Positions 35,567 through 45,231 of a stretch of DNA of 64,000 nucleotides are shown piece by piece. The stretch is taken from positions 25,276-89,275 of the forward strand of contig JAKEFJ010000059.1 in the NCBI GenBank assembly GCA_022616665.1. The letters run 5' to 3'. Each line of letters opens with the position of its first letter. Position 1 is the stretch's first letter. This DNA is from Acidobacteriota bacterium. GTDB taxonomy: Bacteria > Acidobacteriota > Polarisedimenticolia > Gp22-AA2 > AA152. The notes beneath the pieces are model-generated. The model saw only the letters and a program-made list of their open reading frames with translations. It was not told the DNA's origin and ran no database searches. The position numbers and the translations under genes were made by a program.

Positions 35567-36775
35567 ATGTTTGAAGTGTTGAAAGTCGATCCACGCTTCG
35601 TGCGGCGCGGGGCGCAGACCGTGGCCCTCGTGCTGATGTTTTGCGGGAGCGATGCCGTCTCAGCGCAAGGGGCCCAGGTTCCCGCGGTGTCCGACCTCGC
35701 CGTCCGCTCCGAAGGCGAGGGGCGATTCAGCCTTATCGTGAAATATGAAGGCAATCCAACCTACGGCTGTCAAGTTCAGGAGAGCGGCGGGACAGAGACG
35801 CTTATCCTGGAGTTTTCGGCGGCAAGCTCTTCCCTCAAATCGGAATATCGCTTCCCGGAGACGCCCCTGGGGCCCCTGAAAGTAGCGATTCTTGCCAAGC
35901 CGTCCAGCGGGATTCGGTTGGAGGTACCGCTGCAGGGGGCTTCTCTGAGAGGCTGGGGCGAATCGGCGGAAGGATTGGTCGTGCACTTGTCGGCGACTCC
36001 CAAGAAACCACCTTCCACCAGGGGCACCTATGTGCTGGGAGTCGGAGATCGCCTTGAACTCACGGTCTTTGGCCAGGAGGATCTCAAGAAGACCCTCGAG
36101 GTGATGGCCGACGGCACCGTGATTTTCCCCCTGATCGGCGTGCTTCCCGTTTCTGGAAAAACCCTGGCCTCCATTCGGACCGAAGTGGAAGTCCGCCTCA
36201 AGGACTTTCTGGTGGATCCTCAGGTCAGCCTGGACATCAAGGACTACCAGAGCCAGCCGGTCAACGTGGTGGGCGAGGTGGAAAAGCCGGGGACTTACTA
36301 CCTCAAGGGCCCCACGACATTAATGGACATCATGGCCCAGGCGGGGTGGATGACCCCGGAGGCAGGCAACGAAATCATCCTCACACGGCGGGATAGCGAT
36401 TCCGCCGAGGAGGAGGGAAGCCGCCAGATCACCATTACGAAGGAAGAATTGCTGAGGGGAGGAAGCCAGTACAATCCCAGGCTTCAGGTCGGCGACGTCA
36501 TCACCGTTGCCCCAGTGCAGTATTTCTACATTCGCGGGGAGGTGGTAAAGCCCGGACAGTACAAGCTGGGGGATCGACCCACTCTCTTGAAAGCAGTGAG
36601 TATCGCCGAAGGCCTGACCCCTTACGCCAAGAAGAAGGGTATCCAGATCATTCGCACGGTGAAGGGGGCCCAGACCAAGCTCACCTTTGATCTGAAATCA
36701 ATCGAGGAAAGGAAGGCGGAGGATGTACCCATCCTGCCTGGCGACGTGATCCTCGTCGACCGACGAATTTTTTGA
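35567..36775 (+). CDS. Outer-membrane polysaccharide export (OPX/Wza-family) protein with an extra N-terminal domain and no C-terminal helix
   Basis: Poly_export block YVLGVGDRLELTVFGQEDL...DGTVIFPLIG from nt ~36029, followed by two SLBB-like repeats (VNVVGEVEKPGTYYL; FYIRGEVVKPGQYKL). It ends ...PGDVILVDRRIF directly after the last repeat. Confidence 0.85.
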   Translation: MFEVLKVDPRFVRRGAQTVALVLMFCGSDAVSAQGAQVPAVSDLAVRSEGEGRFSLIVKYEGNPTYGCQVQESGGTETLILEFSAASSSLKSEYRFPETPLGPLKVAILAKPSSGIRLEVPLQGASLRGWGESAEGLVVHLSATPKKPPSTRGTYVLGVGDRLELTVFGQEDLKKTLEVMADGTVIFPLIGVLPVSGKTLASIRTEVEVRLKDFLVDPQVSLDIKDYQSQPVNVVGEVEKPGTYYLKGPTTLMDIMAQAGWMTPEAGNEIILTRRDSDSAEEEGSRQITITKEELLRGGSQYNPRLQVGDVITVAPVQYFYIRGEVVKPGQYKLGDRPTLLKAVSIAEGLTPYAKKKGIQIIRTVKGAQTKLTFDLKSIEERKAEDVPILPGDVILVDRRIF

Positions 36776-36820
36776 GGCTCTGAAAGCTGCGTACTTCTTG
36801 CATTTCAGCGAGTTGGGCGT

Positions 36821-39016
36821 ATGATTAGTCCTACCAATTCAGAGGAAAGGGATAAGGCCCGTACGATGGAAAACCCGATTCGTCCGGTCGTCGTGGAGCA
36901 GAAGCGCGAGGTGCACCTTCGCGACTACTGGGCAACGATCTGGCGCTGGAGATGGACAGTATTCACGACCTTCGCCATCGTGGCCACGCTGGTGGCCCTC
37001 TATACCTTTCTGCAAACCCCGATTTATCAGGCCAGCGTCAAGGTGGAAATCCAACCCTCCACTCGCCGCGTAGCGCCGGTGGCGGACGTCTCGGAGCTTG
37101 GAGCCACCGGTTACAGCTTTTTCGCAGAAGATCGCTACTACAACACACAATTCGAAATCATCCGTAGCCGTGCTGTGTCCGAGAAGGTCTTCGACCGTCT
37201 GAACCTCTGGAATGACCCGCAGTTCAAGAGTCTCAAGGACCCGGTGGGCGCATTCAAGTCCACCGTTTCCATCGAACCCATTGAGATGACGGGGATCGTG
37301 GTCATTTCCATGGAAGGGAGCGACAAGGAAAGAACCACAGAGTGGGTCAACACGCTGGGGGAGGTCTATGTAGATCGAAACCTGGAGATAGCGCAAAGGA
37401 CCACGACGAAGGCCGTGGCATCTTTGTTGGAGCTGATGGAACCGCTGCGGGAGAAACTCGCCAAGAGCCAGGAAAAAACCTTCGAGGAAGCGGAGGAGCG
37501 GCGAATCTTCGTTCCTGAGGATCAACAGAAGATCATGGCGGGAACTTTCTCGCTGCTGCAACAGGATCTCACGGAGACCCGTCTCTCCCTGTCGCAAGAG
37601 GAGGCGGTCCTGCGAAAGGTGGATGAGGTGGCGAATTCAGGTGGATCGCCCCTTTCCATTCCGGAAATCGCGCGCGAGCCCATCATCGCTGAGCTCTACA
37701 AGGACCGCCTGAACCTAGAGCAGGAAAAGCAAAGATTGCTTTCGCAGTACCAGGAGCGCCACGTCAAAGTGGTGGAAAAAGAAGAGGAGATCAAGCGCCT
37801 TGACGCGAAGATTGCGGATGAGTGCGACCGGATCATAGGACGGATCAAGACTGAGTACGCCATCAAGAAGGATCACGAGCGCAAAACGCTTGCTCAGATC
37901 GATGACGTCAAGGGTGAATCCCTGGACTTGACCCAGCGTACCTCGGGACTGGAGCTGCTTCGGGGAGATACCGCGGAGATCAGGAAAATCTACAACAGCA
38001 TCAACAGTCGGATGAAGGAGATCGAGCTAAGCTCTCAGCTGCTGAACAACAACATCCGGATTCTGGATCTGGCGCAGGTGCCTCTGGCTCCCATTCGTCC
38101 CCGGAAGGGGCTCAACCTTCTCATTGGCGTGCTCACCGGCCTTTTCATGGGAGTGGGTCTGGCATTCTTCCTTGAGTATTTGGACAACACCGTGAAGACC
38201 ACTGAGGACGTGGAAAACTTCCTAAAGCTCCATATTCTGTCCATCATCCCCAAAGTCAACGATAACAGCAGCTACGCGGTCCGAGAGTCACTGCAGAGCC
38301 TTCGCACGAGCCTGCTCTTCTCGCGAAAGAACCGCACCAAAAACCTGGTGCTGATCACCAGCGCAAGCCCTCAGGAGGGCAAGAGCACAACGCTCATCAA
38401 CCTGGCCAAGACCATGGCCGCCTCGGGGGAGCGGGTCGCCGTACTGGATTGCGATCTTCGCCGCCCGACGGTTCACGTTCATCTCCAACTGGACAAGCGC
38501 AATGGCTTGACCAATTACATTCTCGCCCCTGAGAACGAGGGGTGGCGTGAGTATCTCAAGCCCTCGAATATCCCCAATCTTTACGCCATGACCTCCGGCC
38601 CGCTTCCCCCGAACCCCCCGGATATTTTCGGCAGCGACCGCTTCATGCTGTTACTGAACGATCTAAAGGCGAATTTCGACTGGGTCTTCATCGACTCTCC
38701 ACCAGTCGTTTCTCTTACAGACTCGATCCTTCTCGCCTCGATGGTGGACATGGTAGCCTTTGTCATTCGCCACAACCGGACTGACAAAGAGATGGTCCGT
38801 CGTTGTATTGCCAACATTCGCAATGTAAACCCGAATATCATCGGGGCGGTTCTCAACCACGTGGACCTGGAGCGGTCCAGCTATCGAGACTACTACTACG
38901 CAGGGTACTATTATTACGGGGAGGGCCGCGGGACCAAGGATCGAGGGAAAAGGACTCCTTCCGGTCCGGGCACGCTCGGTACCCCGCCGCCTGTGGAAGA
39001 GAAAGTAGCCCGCTGA
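36821..39016 (+). CDS. Polysaccharide co-polymerase with bacterial tyrosine kinase domain (PCP-2a, Wzc/GumC-like)
   Basis: Wzz-like N-terminus with a TM segment, a long periplasmic coiled region and a second TM. Walker A SPQEGKST, A' VLDCDLRRP, B VFIDSPPV. C-terminal Tyr cluster YRDYYYAGYYYY (38882-38917). Confidence 0.85.
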   Translation: MISPTNSEERDKARTMENPIRPVVVEQKREVHLRDYWATIWRWRWTVFTTFAIVATLVALYTFLQTPIYQASVKVEIQPSTRRVAPVADVSELGATGYSFFAEDRYYNTQFEIIRSRAVSEKVFDRLNLWNDPQFKSLKDPVGAFKSTVSIEPIEMTGIVVISMEGSDKERTTEWVNTLGEVYVDRNLEIAQRTTTKAVASLLELMEPLREKLAKSQEKTFEEAEERRIFVPEDQQKIMAGTFSLLQQDLTETRLSLSQEEAVLRKVDEVANSGGSPLSIPEIAREPIIAELYKDRLNLEQEKQRLLSQYQERHVKVVEKEEEIKRLDAKIADECDRIIGRIKTEYAIKKDHERKTLAQIDDVKGESLDLTQRTSGLELLRGDTAEIRKIYNSINSRMKEIELSSQLLNNNIRILDLAQVPLAPIRPRKGLNLLIGVLTGLFMGVGLAFFLEYLDNTVKTTEDVENFLKLHILSIIPKVNDNSSYAVRESLQSLRTSLLFSRKNRTKNLVLITSASPQEGKSTTLINLAKTMAASGERVAVLDCDLRRPTVHVHLQLDKRNGLTNYILAPENEGWREYLKPSNIPNLYAMTSGPLPPNPPDIFGSDRFMLLLNDLKANFDWVFIDSPPVVSLTDSILLASMVDMVAFVIRHNRTDKEMVRRCIANIRNVNPNIIGAVLNHVDLERSSYRDYYYAGYYYYGEGRGTKDRGKRTPSGPGTLGTPPPVEEKVAR

Positions 39017-39185
39017 GGCATTCCCCGTTCTTGATTGCTTCAGCCCCCATGGAATTCCATCTGTCGGACTTCGCCTGCGACATCCAAGTTCCAGTGACAG
39101 ACATTTGCTTGTGGCATCCCCCAACTCCTGAAGCCTGACAAGACAGGATGCAATCCCCCCTCAAGGGGGTCCTATCGTAGGGACG

Positions 39186-40886
39186 ATGGGAATGATAGGT
39201 TTTTTGGCGATCGGAGCCATGCGGGCTTACGCCGATGCCATCCAGGATGTTCAGAGCCGAGTTCGAGAATCTGCCGGGCAAGTCCAGTTGAAAGGCTCTT
39301 CCAGCATGCAAGCTCGCAAGATGAGAATCAGGGAGGCGATCTCTGTCCCGTCTCCGTTCGGCGAGATTGGACAGTCGGTGAAGGGGAGTCCCTCCGCTGG
39401 GATCTGGTTCCTGGTTCCGCTGTTGATCCATCTCACCATTCAAGTCGTGCACGCCTACCTGGATCGGGCGCCTGACTTTGACGAAGCCATCTACATGAAT
39501 TTGGCCCGGAACTTCGTCCGCACCGGAGAGCTTATCCATTCCGTCTATCCAGAGAAACCCTTCTTCATGCATCCCCCGCTCTTCTACTACCTCGTCTCCC
39601 TGTCGTTTGCCCTGTTCGGCCCGGGTCTGGAGGCGGGGCGGCTGGTCTCAAGTCTCATGGCAGTTGGAAATCTCGGCTTCGTCTTCTCCTTCTTGCGGAA
39701 AGCGCGGGGAGAGCGGTGGGCTGCGGCGGGGACACTGCTGGTTGCGGTAAATCCCGCGTTTCTCTATTACGGACACTCTGTCTACATGGAAATGACGGTC
39801 GCCTTCTGGATGACCGCCGCACTCTGGGCCTTTGCTCGTGCGGGCGCGGGGCAGGGCCTGCGATGGGAGAGATGGGCGGGAGTCTTCCTGGGCCTGGCCT
39901 GTGTCACCAAGTACTACGCGGGAGTATTGGTGGCTGTGATGGCGCTGGTTATCTTGATCCAGGAGCATAGAGAAAACTTCATCCGGGTTCGAAGACTGGC
40001 GGCTCTCCTGGGACCGGTGGCGATTGCCGGCATGGTGTGGGTGGCGTGGGGCCTCGCTTTGGGCGGTCGAGACTTTATTGGGGCCCAATTCAGTTGGGGT
40101 ATACCGGAACCGCCAGGCTCGATCTACTCGTGGCGCCGCGTGACCAACGAGGCCTTCATCCGCGAGCTGGTGGGGGTATTGACACCGCCCTTCGCGTGCC
40201 TGGCCGCCCTGGGGCTGGCGGTGGCGGCCCGGAGGGCCTGGCGCTCCGGGTCCCTGCGGAGGGGAGGTGTGGAAATGGTGCTCGTGATCTTTCCGCTCGC
40301 CTATCTCCTATTCCTGATGACATTCCGGGAGAAGGATGTGAAGTACATCGTGCCGGTCATTCCGGCTTTGGGCGTCCTGATCGGGCTGGCTCCGACATTG
40401 GAGTGGGTCAAACGACTGCCCGGTTGGTCGCGCTGGACCGGCACCCTACTGCTTGCCGCTCTCGCCTCTCCACTCCTCCCTCTTTATGACCCGGTGACCC
40501 AACAGAGACACGACAACCTCTGGGTGTTCGGTGTTCGGCGTGATGCGGAATACCGCCGGTATCGGGACGCTGGAATTCTGGCCGGAGGCGAGACCAAACC
40601 CGGCCAAGTGGTTGCATGCCAGCGGAAGGGGCCGATCATCGGGTATTACGCAGACCGACAGTACGTGGATGTCTGGGGCTTCTCCCCTGGCATGGCCGTT
40701 CCCTTTCTCGAGTCGGCAGAAATTGTCATATTGGATCGGAACACCGAATACCTTTCCCCCCAAGAGCAGGCGACCTTCCGCGAATCCGTGAAGCAGGATT
40801 TCCAGCAAATCGGTGCCCTACCGGAGTCGGGAACCCCGGTTTTGGAGATCTTTCGACGGATAAGGAGAGACGCTCCCTCGCCCTGA
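39186..40886 (+). CDS. GT-C fold glycosyltransferase (PMT_2/ArnT-like) with soluble C-terminal domain
   Basis: DRAPDFDEAIYMNLARNFVRTGE first-loop motif, FFMHPPLFYYL (HPPL motif of PMT_2-type enzymes), many TM spans, C-terminal soluble part ending LEIFRRIR. The true start is probably downstream (ATG ~39306/39321). Confidence 0.7.
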   Translation: MGMIGFLAIGAMRAYADAIQDVQSRVRESAGQVQLKGSSSMQARKMRIREAISVPSPFGEIGQSVKGSPSAGIWFLVPLLIHLTIQVVHAYLDRAPDFDEAIYMNLARNFVRTGELIHSVYPEKPFFMHPPLFYYLVSLSFALFGPGLEAGRLVSSLMAVGNLGFVFSFLRKARGERWAAAGTLLVAVNPAFLYYGHSVYMEMTVAFWMTAALWAFARAGAGQGLRWERWAGVFLGLACVTKYYAGVLVAVMALVILIQEHRENFIRVRRLAALLGPVAIAGMVWVAWGLALGGRDFIGAQFSWGIPEPPGSIYSWRRVTNEAFIRELVGVLTPPFACLAALGLAVAARRAWRSGSLRRGGVEMVLVIFPLAYLLFLMTFREKDVKYIVPVIPALGVLIGLAPTLEWVKRLPGWSRWTGTLLLAALASPLLPLYDPVTQQRHDNLWVFGVRRDAEYRRYRDAGILAGGETKPGQVVACQRKGPIIGYYADRQYVDVWGFSPGMAVPFLESAEIVILDRNTEYLSPQEQATFRESVKQDFQQIGALPESGTPVLEIFRRIRRDAPSP

Positions 40887-40973
40887 ACGGGAGTTTCGCT
40901 CCTACAGACAAGCCAGGTCAGTTTTCTTGCCGAGCGGTCGTCGAGGGTAAATCAGGGAGTCGCACCGGGCAGG

Positions 40974-41927
40974 CTATTTCGGGCCCTTGAGGCGGTTTCG
41001 GAAGTCCCTGGCTGTGCTTCTGAGTCCCTGGGCCAAGGTGATCTTGGGCTTCCAGCGCAAGAGCCGTTGAGCCAGGTCGATGCAAGGCTGGCGGACTTTG
41101 GGATCGTCTTCGGGCAGGGGACGGTACACGATTCGGCTGCGGCTCCGCGTGACTTTCAGGATTTCCCGGGCCATCTCCAGGATGGTCATCTCCCGGGGGT
41201 TTCCCAGATTGACCGGAAAGTGATGCGAAGAGTTCAGCAATCGATAGATTCCCCCGACCAGGTCCGAAACGTAGCAGAAGCTCCTGGTTTGACTCCCATC
41301 GCCAAAGACGGTGAGCGGCTTCCCCTGGATCGCCTGGGAAAGAAAGCTCGGGATGGCCCGTCCGTCCTGAATTCGCATTCTGGGGCCGTAGGTATTGAAG
41401 ATTCGGACGATCTTGGTGTCGAGGCGGTGACTTCGACAGTAGGCCATGGTCAGGGCTTCTGCAAACCTTTTGGCCTCGTCATAAACGCCCCGCGGCCCGA
41501 TGGGATTGACGTTCCCCCAGTAGTCCTCCCGCTGGGGATGCACCAAAGGGTCGCCGTACACTTCGGAGGTCGAGGCTAGAAGAAACGCGGCCTTCTTCTC
41601 TCGTGCCAGCCCCAAGGCCTTGTGGGTGCCCAAGGAGCCCACTTTGAGAGTCTGAATCGGGTGTTCCAAGTAATCGATAGGGCTCGCGGGAGAAGCAAAG
41701 TGAAGAATGGCGTCCACGGGGCCCGCCAGGTGGATGAAGCCGGACACATCCATGTCGAGAAAGGTAAAGTCGCGCTCCGACAAAAGGTGGGAGACATTAT
41801 CGGGAGAACCGGTCAGGAGGTTGTCCATGCAGACCACATCCCAGCCCTTGGACAGAAAAAAATCGCAGAGGTGGGATCCGATGAAACCGGCGCCCCCCGT
41901 GATGATGACGCGTCGTTTCTTAGCCAA
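40974..41927 (-). CDS. UDP-glucuronate decarboxylase (UDP-xylose synthase, UXS family)
   Basis: [64 protein letters not shown]. This is the canonical UXS block pattern; 317 aa. Confidence 0.85.
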   Translation of the reverse strand: MAKKRRVIITGGAGFIGSHLCDFFLSKGWDVVCMDNLLTGSPDNVSHLLSERDFTFLDMDVSGFIHLAGPVDAILHFASPASPIDYLEHPIQTLKVGSLGTHKALGLAREKKAAFLLASTSEVYGDPLVHPQREDYWGNVNPIGPRGVYDEAKRFAEALTMAYCRSHRLDTKIVRIFNTYGPRMRIQDGRAIPSFLSQAIQGKPLTVFGDGSQTRSFCYVSDLVGGIYRLLNSSHHFPVNLGNPREMTILEMAREILKVTRSRSRIVYRPLPEDDPKVRQPCIDLAQRLLRWKPKITLAQGLRSTARDFRNRLKGPK

Positions 41928-42054
41928 GGAGTTCTCCTAAGGGAAAATCGGGAATGGCGCAACGCAGTCTAGGGAGCCCCCTCCGCGCTGTCAAGCGCGA
42001 CTCGAACCACGAAGGTTTGTCGGTGGGGATTCCGGCGGGTCGGGGGAGGGGGTC

Positions 42055-43422
42055 TTGGGAGTGAAAATGGGCAGGGCGGGGAGAGCCAAGCGAAGCTCCC
42101 TCGCCTGGAGTCTCGTAGTTCTCCTGCCCCTTGTCGCGGCCCTATCCCACCGGTCGGCTGAACCCTGGCTGTTCGGTCTTTACTCGCTGCAGTATTCTCT
42201 CTTCCTCTTGTTATTCGCCGGGGCGCTGTCCTTCCTCGTGGCAGTTCTCTACCAGTTCGGGGCGAAGGGTCTTCAACTGCTCGCGGTGACACTGGCAGGA
42301 GTCTTCCTGATCGCTCTCTCAGTCGAATTGGTTGGGCAGGTCTATGCCCATTTCCACCCAGCTTATGACGTCCTGGCTTGGCAACCCGATCGGGCCGTGG
42401 GCTGGAAACAGGTGCCGCTTCTTAGATGGCCCTGGGCCGGCCATTACTGGTATGCTCAAGACTTCAGCGTCCAGGTGACCACGAACGAGCACGGGTTCAG
42501 GGATGTCGAGCGAGCCATCCGCAAACCCGAAGGGGTCCGCCGCATTGCCCTGCTGGGGGATTCTCTAGTGGAGGCGGTCCAGGTTCCGTTCGACAGCACG
42601 GCCGGCCACTTCCTGGAGCAAGCTCTCAACCGGCGCGCCTCCTTGACGCCCGCTCCCTCCCGGTATGAGGTCCTCAATTTCGGCATCTCAAACTTCGGCG
42701 TCGGGCAATGTCTTCTATGCTGGGAAGAGTATGCACGTCGGTTCGAGCCGGATCTCGTATTCATCCTGGTCGCCGACTTCAACTTGCACAGGACTGTGAC
42801 GCCGGAGGACAAGAGCGCCTTTGCCCCCCGTGGCCAGGAGCCTCTCAGGATTCGCCCGACCTTCCGGCTCGCAGAGGGTAGCCTGATTCGAGAGCCCGCG
42901 CGCGACTTTGATGAGTTCGTGAGATTTCAGCAGGAGTTAGTCCGGACCAAGTTTTCGGGCGGGCGCGTGCTTCGCAAGAAATCCGGCTTCTTCCTGCGTG
43001 AGCGGGTCCTGGAGTCGCTTCGATCTCTGAGCGGCCTTCTCATCAGCCTCCAGAGACGGTGGCATCCTTCACGGGTTGCTCCCGCCGAATCCGAGCCTGC
43101 GCTGGACCCCGCGACCCTGGCTCTTAACTTGAGAATCCTCGAAGAGCTGGGTGAGCAGATCCGAGAAGTCGGAGCTCATTTCGTCGTCGTCGATGTGGCA
43201 CGATATTTCAACCCACAATCGACCGAGCTCTCCACACAACTGGAGGAGCTTTGTGCCACCCGGGGATTTGGGTACATTTCGCTTTCCGATCCTCTAATCC
43301 AGGCGAACCGGGACGGAATTCCAACGCACTGGAACTACGACGGACATTTCGACGAGAGCGGCAACCGAATTTTCGCGGAGGCTATGTACCAATGGATCGT
43401 GAGGGAGGGGATGGATGACTGA
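42055..43422 (+). CDS. Membrane-anchored SGNH/GDSL-type hydrolase or acyltransferase-like protein
   Basis: N-terminal hydrophobic helices, then IALLGDSLVEA (GDS block I), NFGISNFG (block II-like), PDLVFILV, and DGHFDESGN near the C-terminus (DxxH-like block V). Confidence 0.6.
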   Translation: MGVKMGRAGRAKRSSLAWSLVVLLPLVAALSHRSAEPWLFGLYSLQYSLFLLLFAGALSFLVAVLYQFGAKGLQLLAVTLAGVFLIALSVELVGQVYAHFHPAYDVLAWQPDRAVGWKQVPLLRWPWAGHYWYAQDFSVQVTTNEHGFRDVERAIRKPEGVRRIALLGDSLVEAVQVPFDSTAGHFLEQALNRRASLTPAPSRYEVLNFGISNFGVGQCLLCWEEYARRFEPDLVFILVADFNLHRTVTPEDKSAFAPRGQEPLRIRPTFRLAEGSLIREPARDFDEFVRFQQELVRTKFSGGRVLRKKSGFFLRERVLESLRSLSGLLISLQRRWHPSRVAPAESEPALDPATLALNLRILEELGEQIREVGAHFVVVDVARYFNPQSTELSTQLEELCATRGFGYISLSDPLIQANRDGIPTHWNYDGHFDESGNRIFAEAMYQWIVREGMDD

Positions 43423-45100
43423 TGGCAGACCCCAAGCTCGCAGGCCGTCGACCCTCGATGGATTGCTGTTCATCATTTCCGTCGCGCTGATCGCCCACCT
43501 CCTCTTCTCCTGGATGGGTCTGATCCCCACCGACGACGGTTTCGTCATGGCCTATAGCCGACGCCTCCTGGAAGGAGAGGCCCCGCATCGGGATTTCATC
43601 TCGGTGCGGCCACTCGCTTCCGCCCTTCTTTACCTTCCCTTCGTGCGCCTGGGCGGCGGTCACACCTTCTACGTGGCCCGGCTATTCGTGTGGGGGGAAT
43701 TCGCCTCTTTCGCATGGCTCTCGACGCTGATTCTCGAGCGCCTTCTCGGCATCTCCTTTAGGCGACTTGACCGGATTCTGCTGGCACTAACCGCCTTTGC
43801 GCTCTCGGCCCATACTTTCCCCGTGATGCCCTGGTTCACCGTAGACGGACTCTTTTTTCTCTCACTGGGTCTTTTCCTCGCCACGGGGGACTCTCGGGCA
43901 TCTCAGCTCTCGGGGTACGCGCTTGTGGGGCTCTCGGCGTTGTGTAAGCAGACCTTCGTGTTCGCGGGCCCTGCCGCTGCGGTGCTCCTGGGCCACTGGC
44001 GCCGGCTGCCGATCTGGATCTCGTGGGGCGCACCGGCGCTCTTGTATGGAATGTGGCTGCTTTCGCTGGGAGCTTTCGAAGACGCGGTAATCCAAATGAG
44101 CGTTCACACGGACCTGTCCTCCAAGGGCATCGTGGCCTATCTCTCACGTCCCTCATTCGCCTGGGGGATCATGGCAGGTTACTGGCTCTGGTCGAATCTC
44201 ACGAGAAGAGGGAAGAGCCAATTCCGTGGCGCTGGATGGGACGGAACCCGGGCGGCTGTCTTGGGTGGCACTGGGCTTGCGGCGGGGGCCGTCGCGGGGG
44301 CAGTGTTCATGGAACACGGACGCTACGTCGGAGTACCTTCCTTCGCCGTTTTCGGGGCAGTTTTGGGAGTGCTTCTCAGCGGCCGGGGAGGCCGGATCGG
44401 GCGCGCGCCGCTCTGGAAGGCGGGAGGGCTGGCGCTTGCGTCGGCCTGGTGCGCCTCCATCTCCGACGGCTACAACACTCCCGCTTTGGCATCGGGCCCG
44501 CTTTTTGTCTTTCTTGTGGCGATCTGGATGGAAGAGACTCTCCTGAACCTGCCAGGAGGCGACGCCGGTGGCGCGCGCCGCCGGTGGGGCGGAGCTATCC
44601 TGCTCTTCTTCCTCGCGGCCTCTGCAACCGTCGGCCTCGTCGCCGGCCGCAGGCAGCACGTTTACCTGGAACGTCCGGCCGGAGAGCTCGTCCAATCCCT
44701 GGATGAAGTTTTTCCCGGTGCGAAGGGAATTCGATCCAGCCAGGGTGCCTACGATTTTCTGAAAGACCTCGATGAGGCGAAGCGTCTCGCCCGCCGGCAC
44801 TCCGCAAGATTCGCCATCCTTCCGGATCTCGCGGGCTACTGGGTCAAGTCAGAGGAAGTCAATCCGCTGCTGACCGACTGGTCGAATCGAACCGAGTTGG
44901 GAAGTGCATTCCTGGAGGAACGTGCGATCCAAAACCTGGCGGCACAGAAGGGGCGGATCGCGGTCATCACCCAGAAGCTCGAAGCTGCTTCGGTGGCTCG
45001 GGGCCCGGTTCCGCCTCAGGGCCGGCGCGTCCTTCTGGATTACGTGCGGCAGCATTTCGAAAAAGTCGGGGAGACTGCGTTCTTCGAGGTGTATCGATAG
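43415..45100 (+). CDS. Polytopic membrane protein, probable GT-C-like glycosyltransferase with soluble C-terminal domain
   Basis: The start overlaps the upstream stop. First-loop motif IPTDDGFVMAYSRRLLEGEAPHRDFISVRP parallels EKDEGFYDYAFRLVASGELPYRDFSYIESP of the 2807..4453 product. Many hydrophobic spans, then a ~150-aa soluble tail ending FFEVYR. Confidence 0.5.
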   Translation: MTDGRPQARRPSTLDGLLFIISVALIAHLLFSWMGLIPTDDGFVMAYSRRLLEGEAPHRDFISVRPLASALLYLPFVRLGGGHTFYVARLFVWGEFASFAWLSTLILERLLGISFRRLDRILLALTAFALSAHTFPVMPWFTVDGLFFLSLGLFLATGDSRASQLSGYALVGLSALCKQTFVFAGPAAAVLLGHWRRLPIWISWGAPALLYGMWLLSLGAFEDAVIQMSVHTDLSSKGIVAYLSRPSFAWGIMAGYWLWSNLTRRGKSQFRGAGWDGTRAAVLGGTGLAAGAVAGAVFMEHGRYVGVPSFAVFGAVLGVLLSGRGGRIGRAPLWKAGGLALASAWCASISDGYNTPALASGPLFVFLVAIWMEETLLNLPGGDAGGARRRWGGAILLFFLAASATVGLVAGRRQHVYLERPAGELVQSLDEVFPGAKGIRSSQGAYDFLKDLDEAKRLARRHSARFAILPDLAGYWVKSEEVNPLLTDWSNRTELGSAFLEERAIQNLAAQKGRIAVITQKLEAASVARGPVPPQGRRVLLDYVRQHFEKVGETAFFEVYR

Positions 45101-45182
45101 GCGGGGTGATGGCCGACGCCGGGTGGCTCCCCTCCTCCGGGAATGGGGCCTGCTCCAGGCCCGAGGTGGCACTCGTTCAACA

Positions 45183-45211
45183 TTGACAGAAGCGGGGAAG
45201 TAGCGTAGATT
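45183..45211 (+). promoter_or_regulatory. Candidate sigma70-type promoter for the degT-GT2-oxidoreductase-acetyltransferase operon
   Basis: TTGACA (45183-45188), a 17-nt spacer, then TAGATT (45206-45211), followed by AGAGAGGG and ATG 45232. It lies in a 131-nt gap. Pattern match only. Confidence 0.4.
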
Positions 45212-45231
45212 TCAGAGTTTAAGAGAGGGTC

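Noticed and set aside
39156-39169. CCCCC-TCAA-GGGGG hairpin in the gap after the wzc-like gene.
   Set aside because: It has only a 5-bp stem and no following T-tract, which is not enough to call a terminator.
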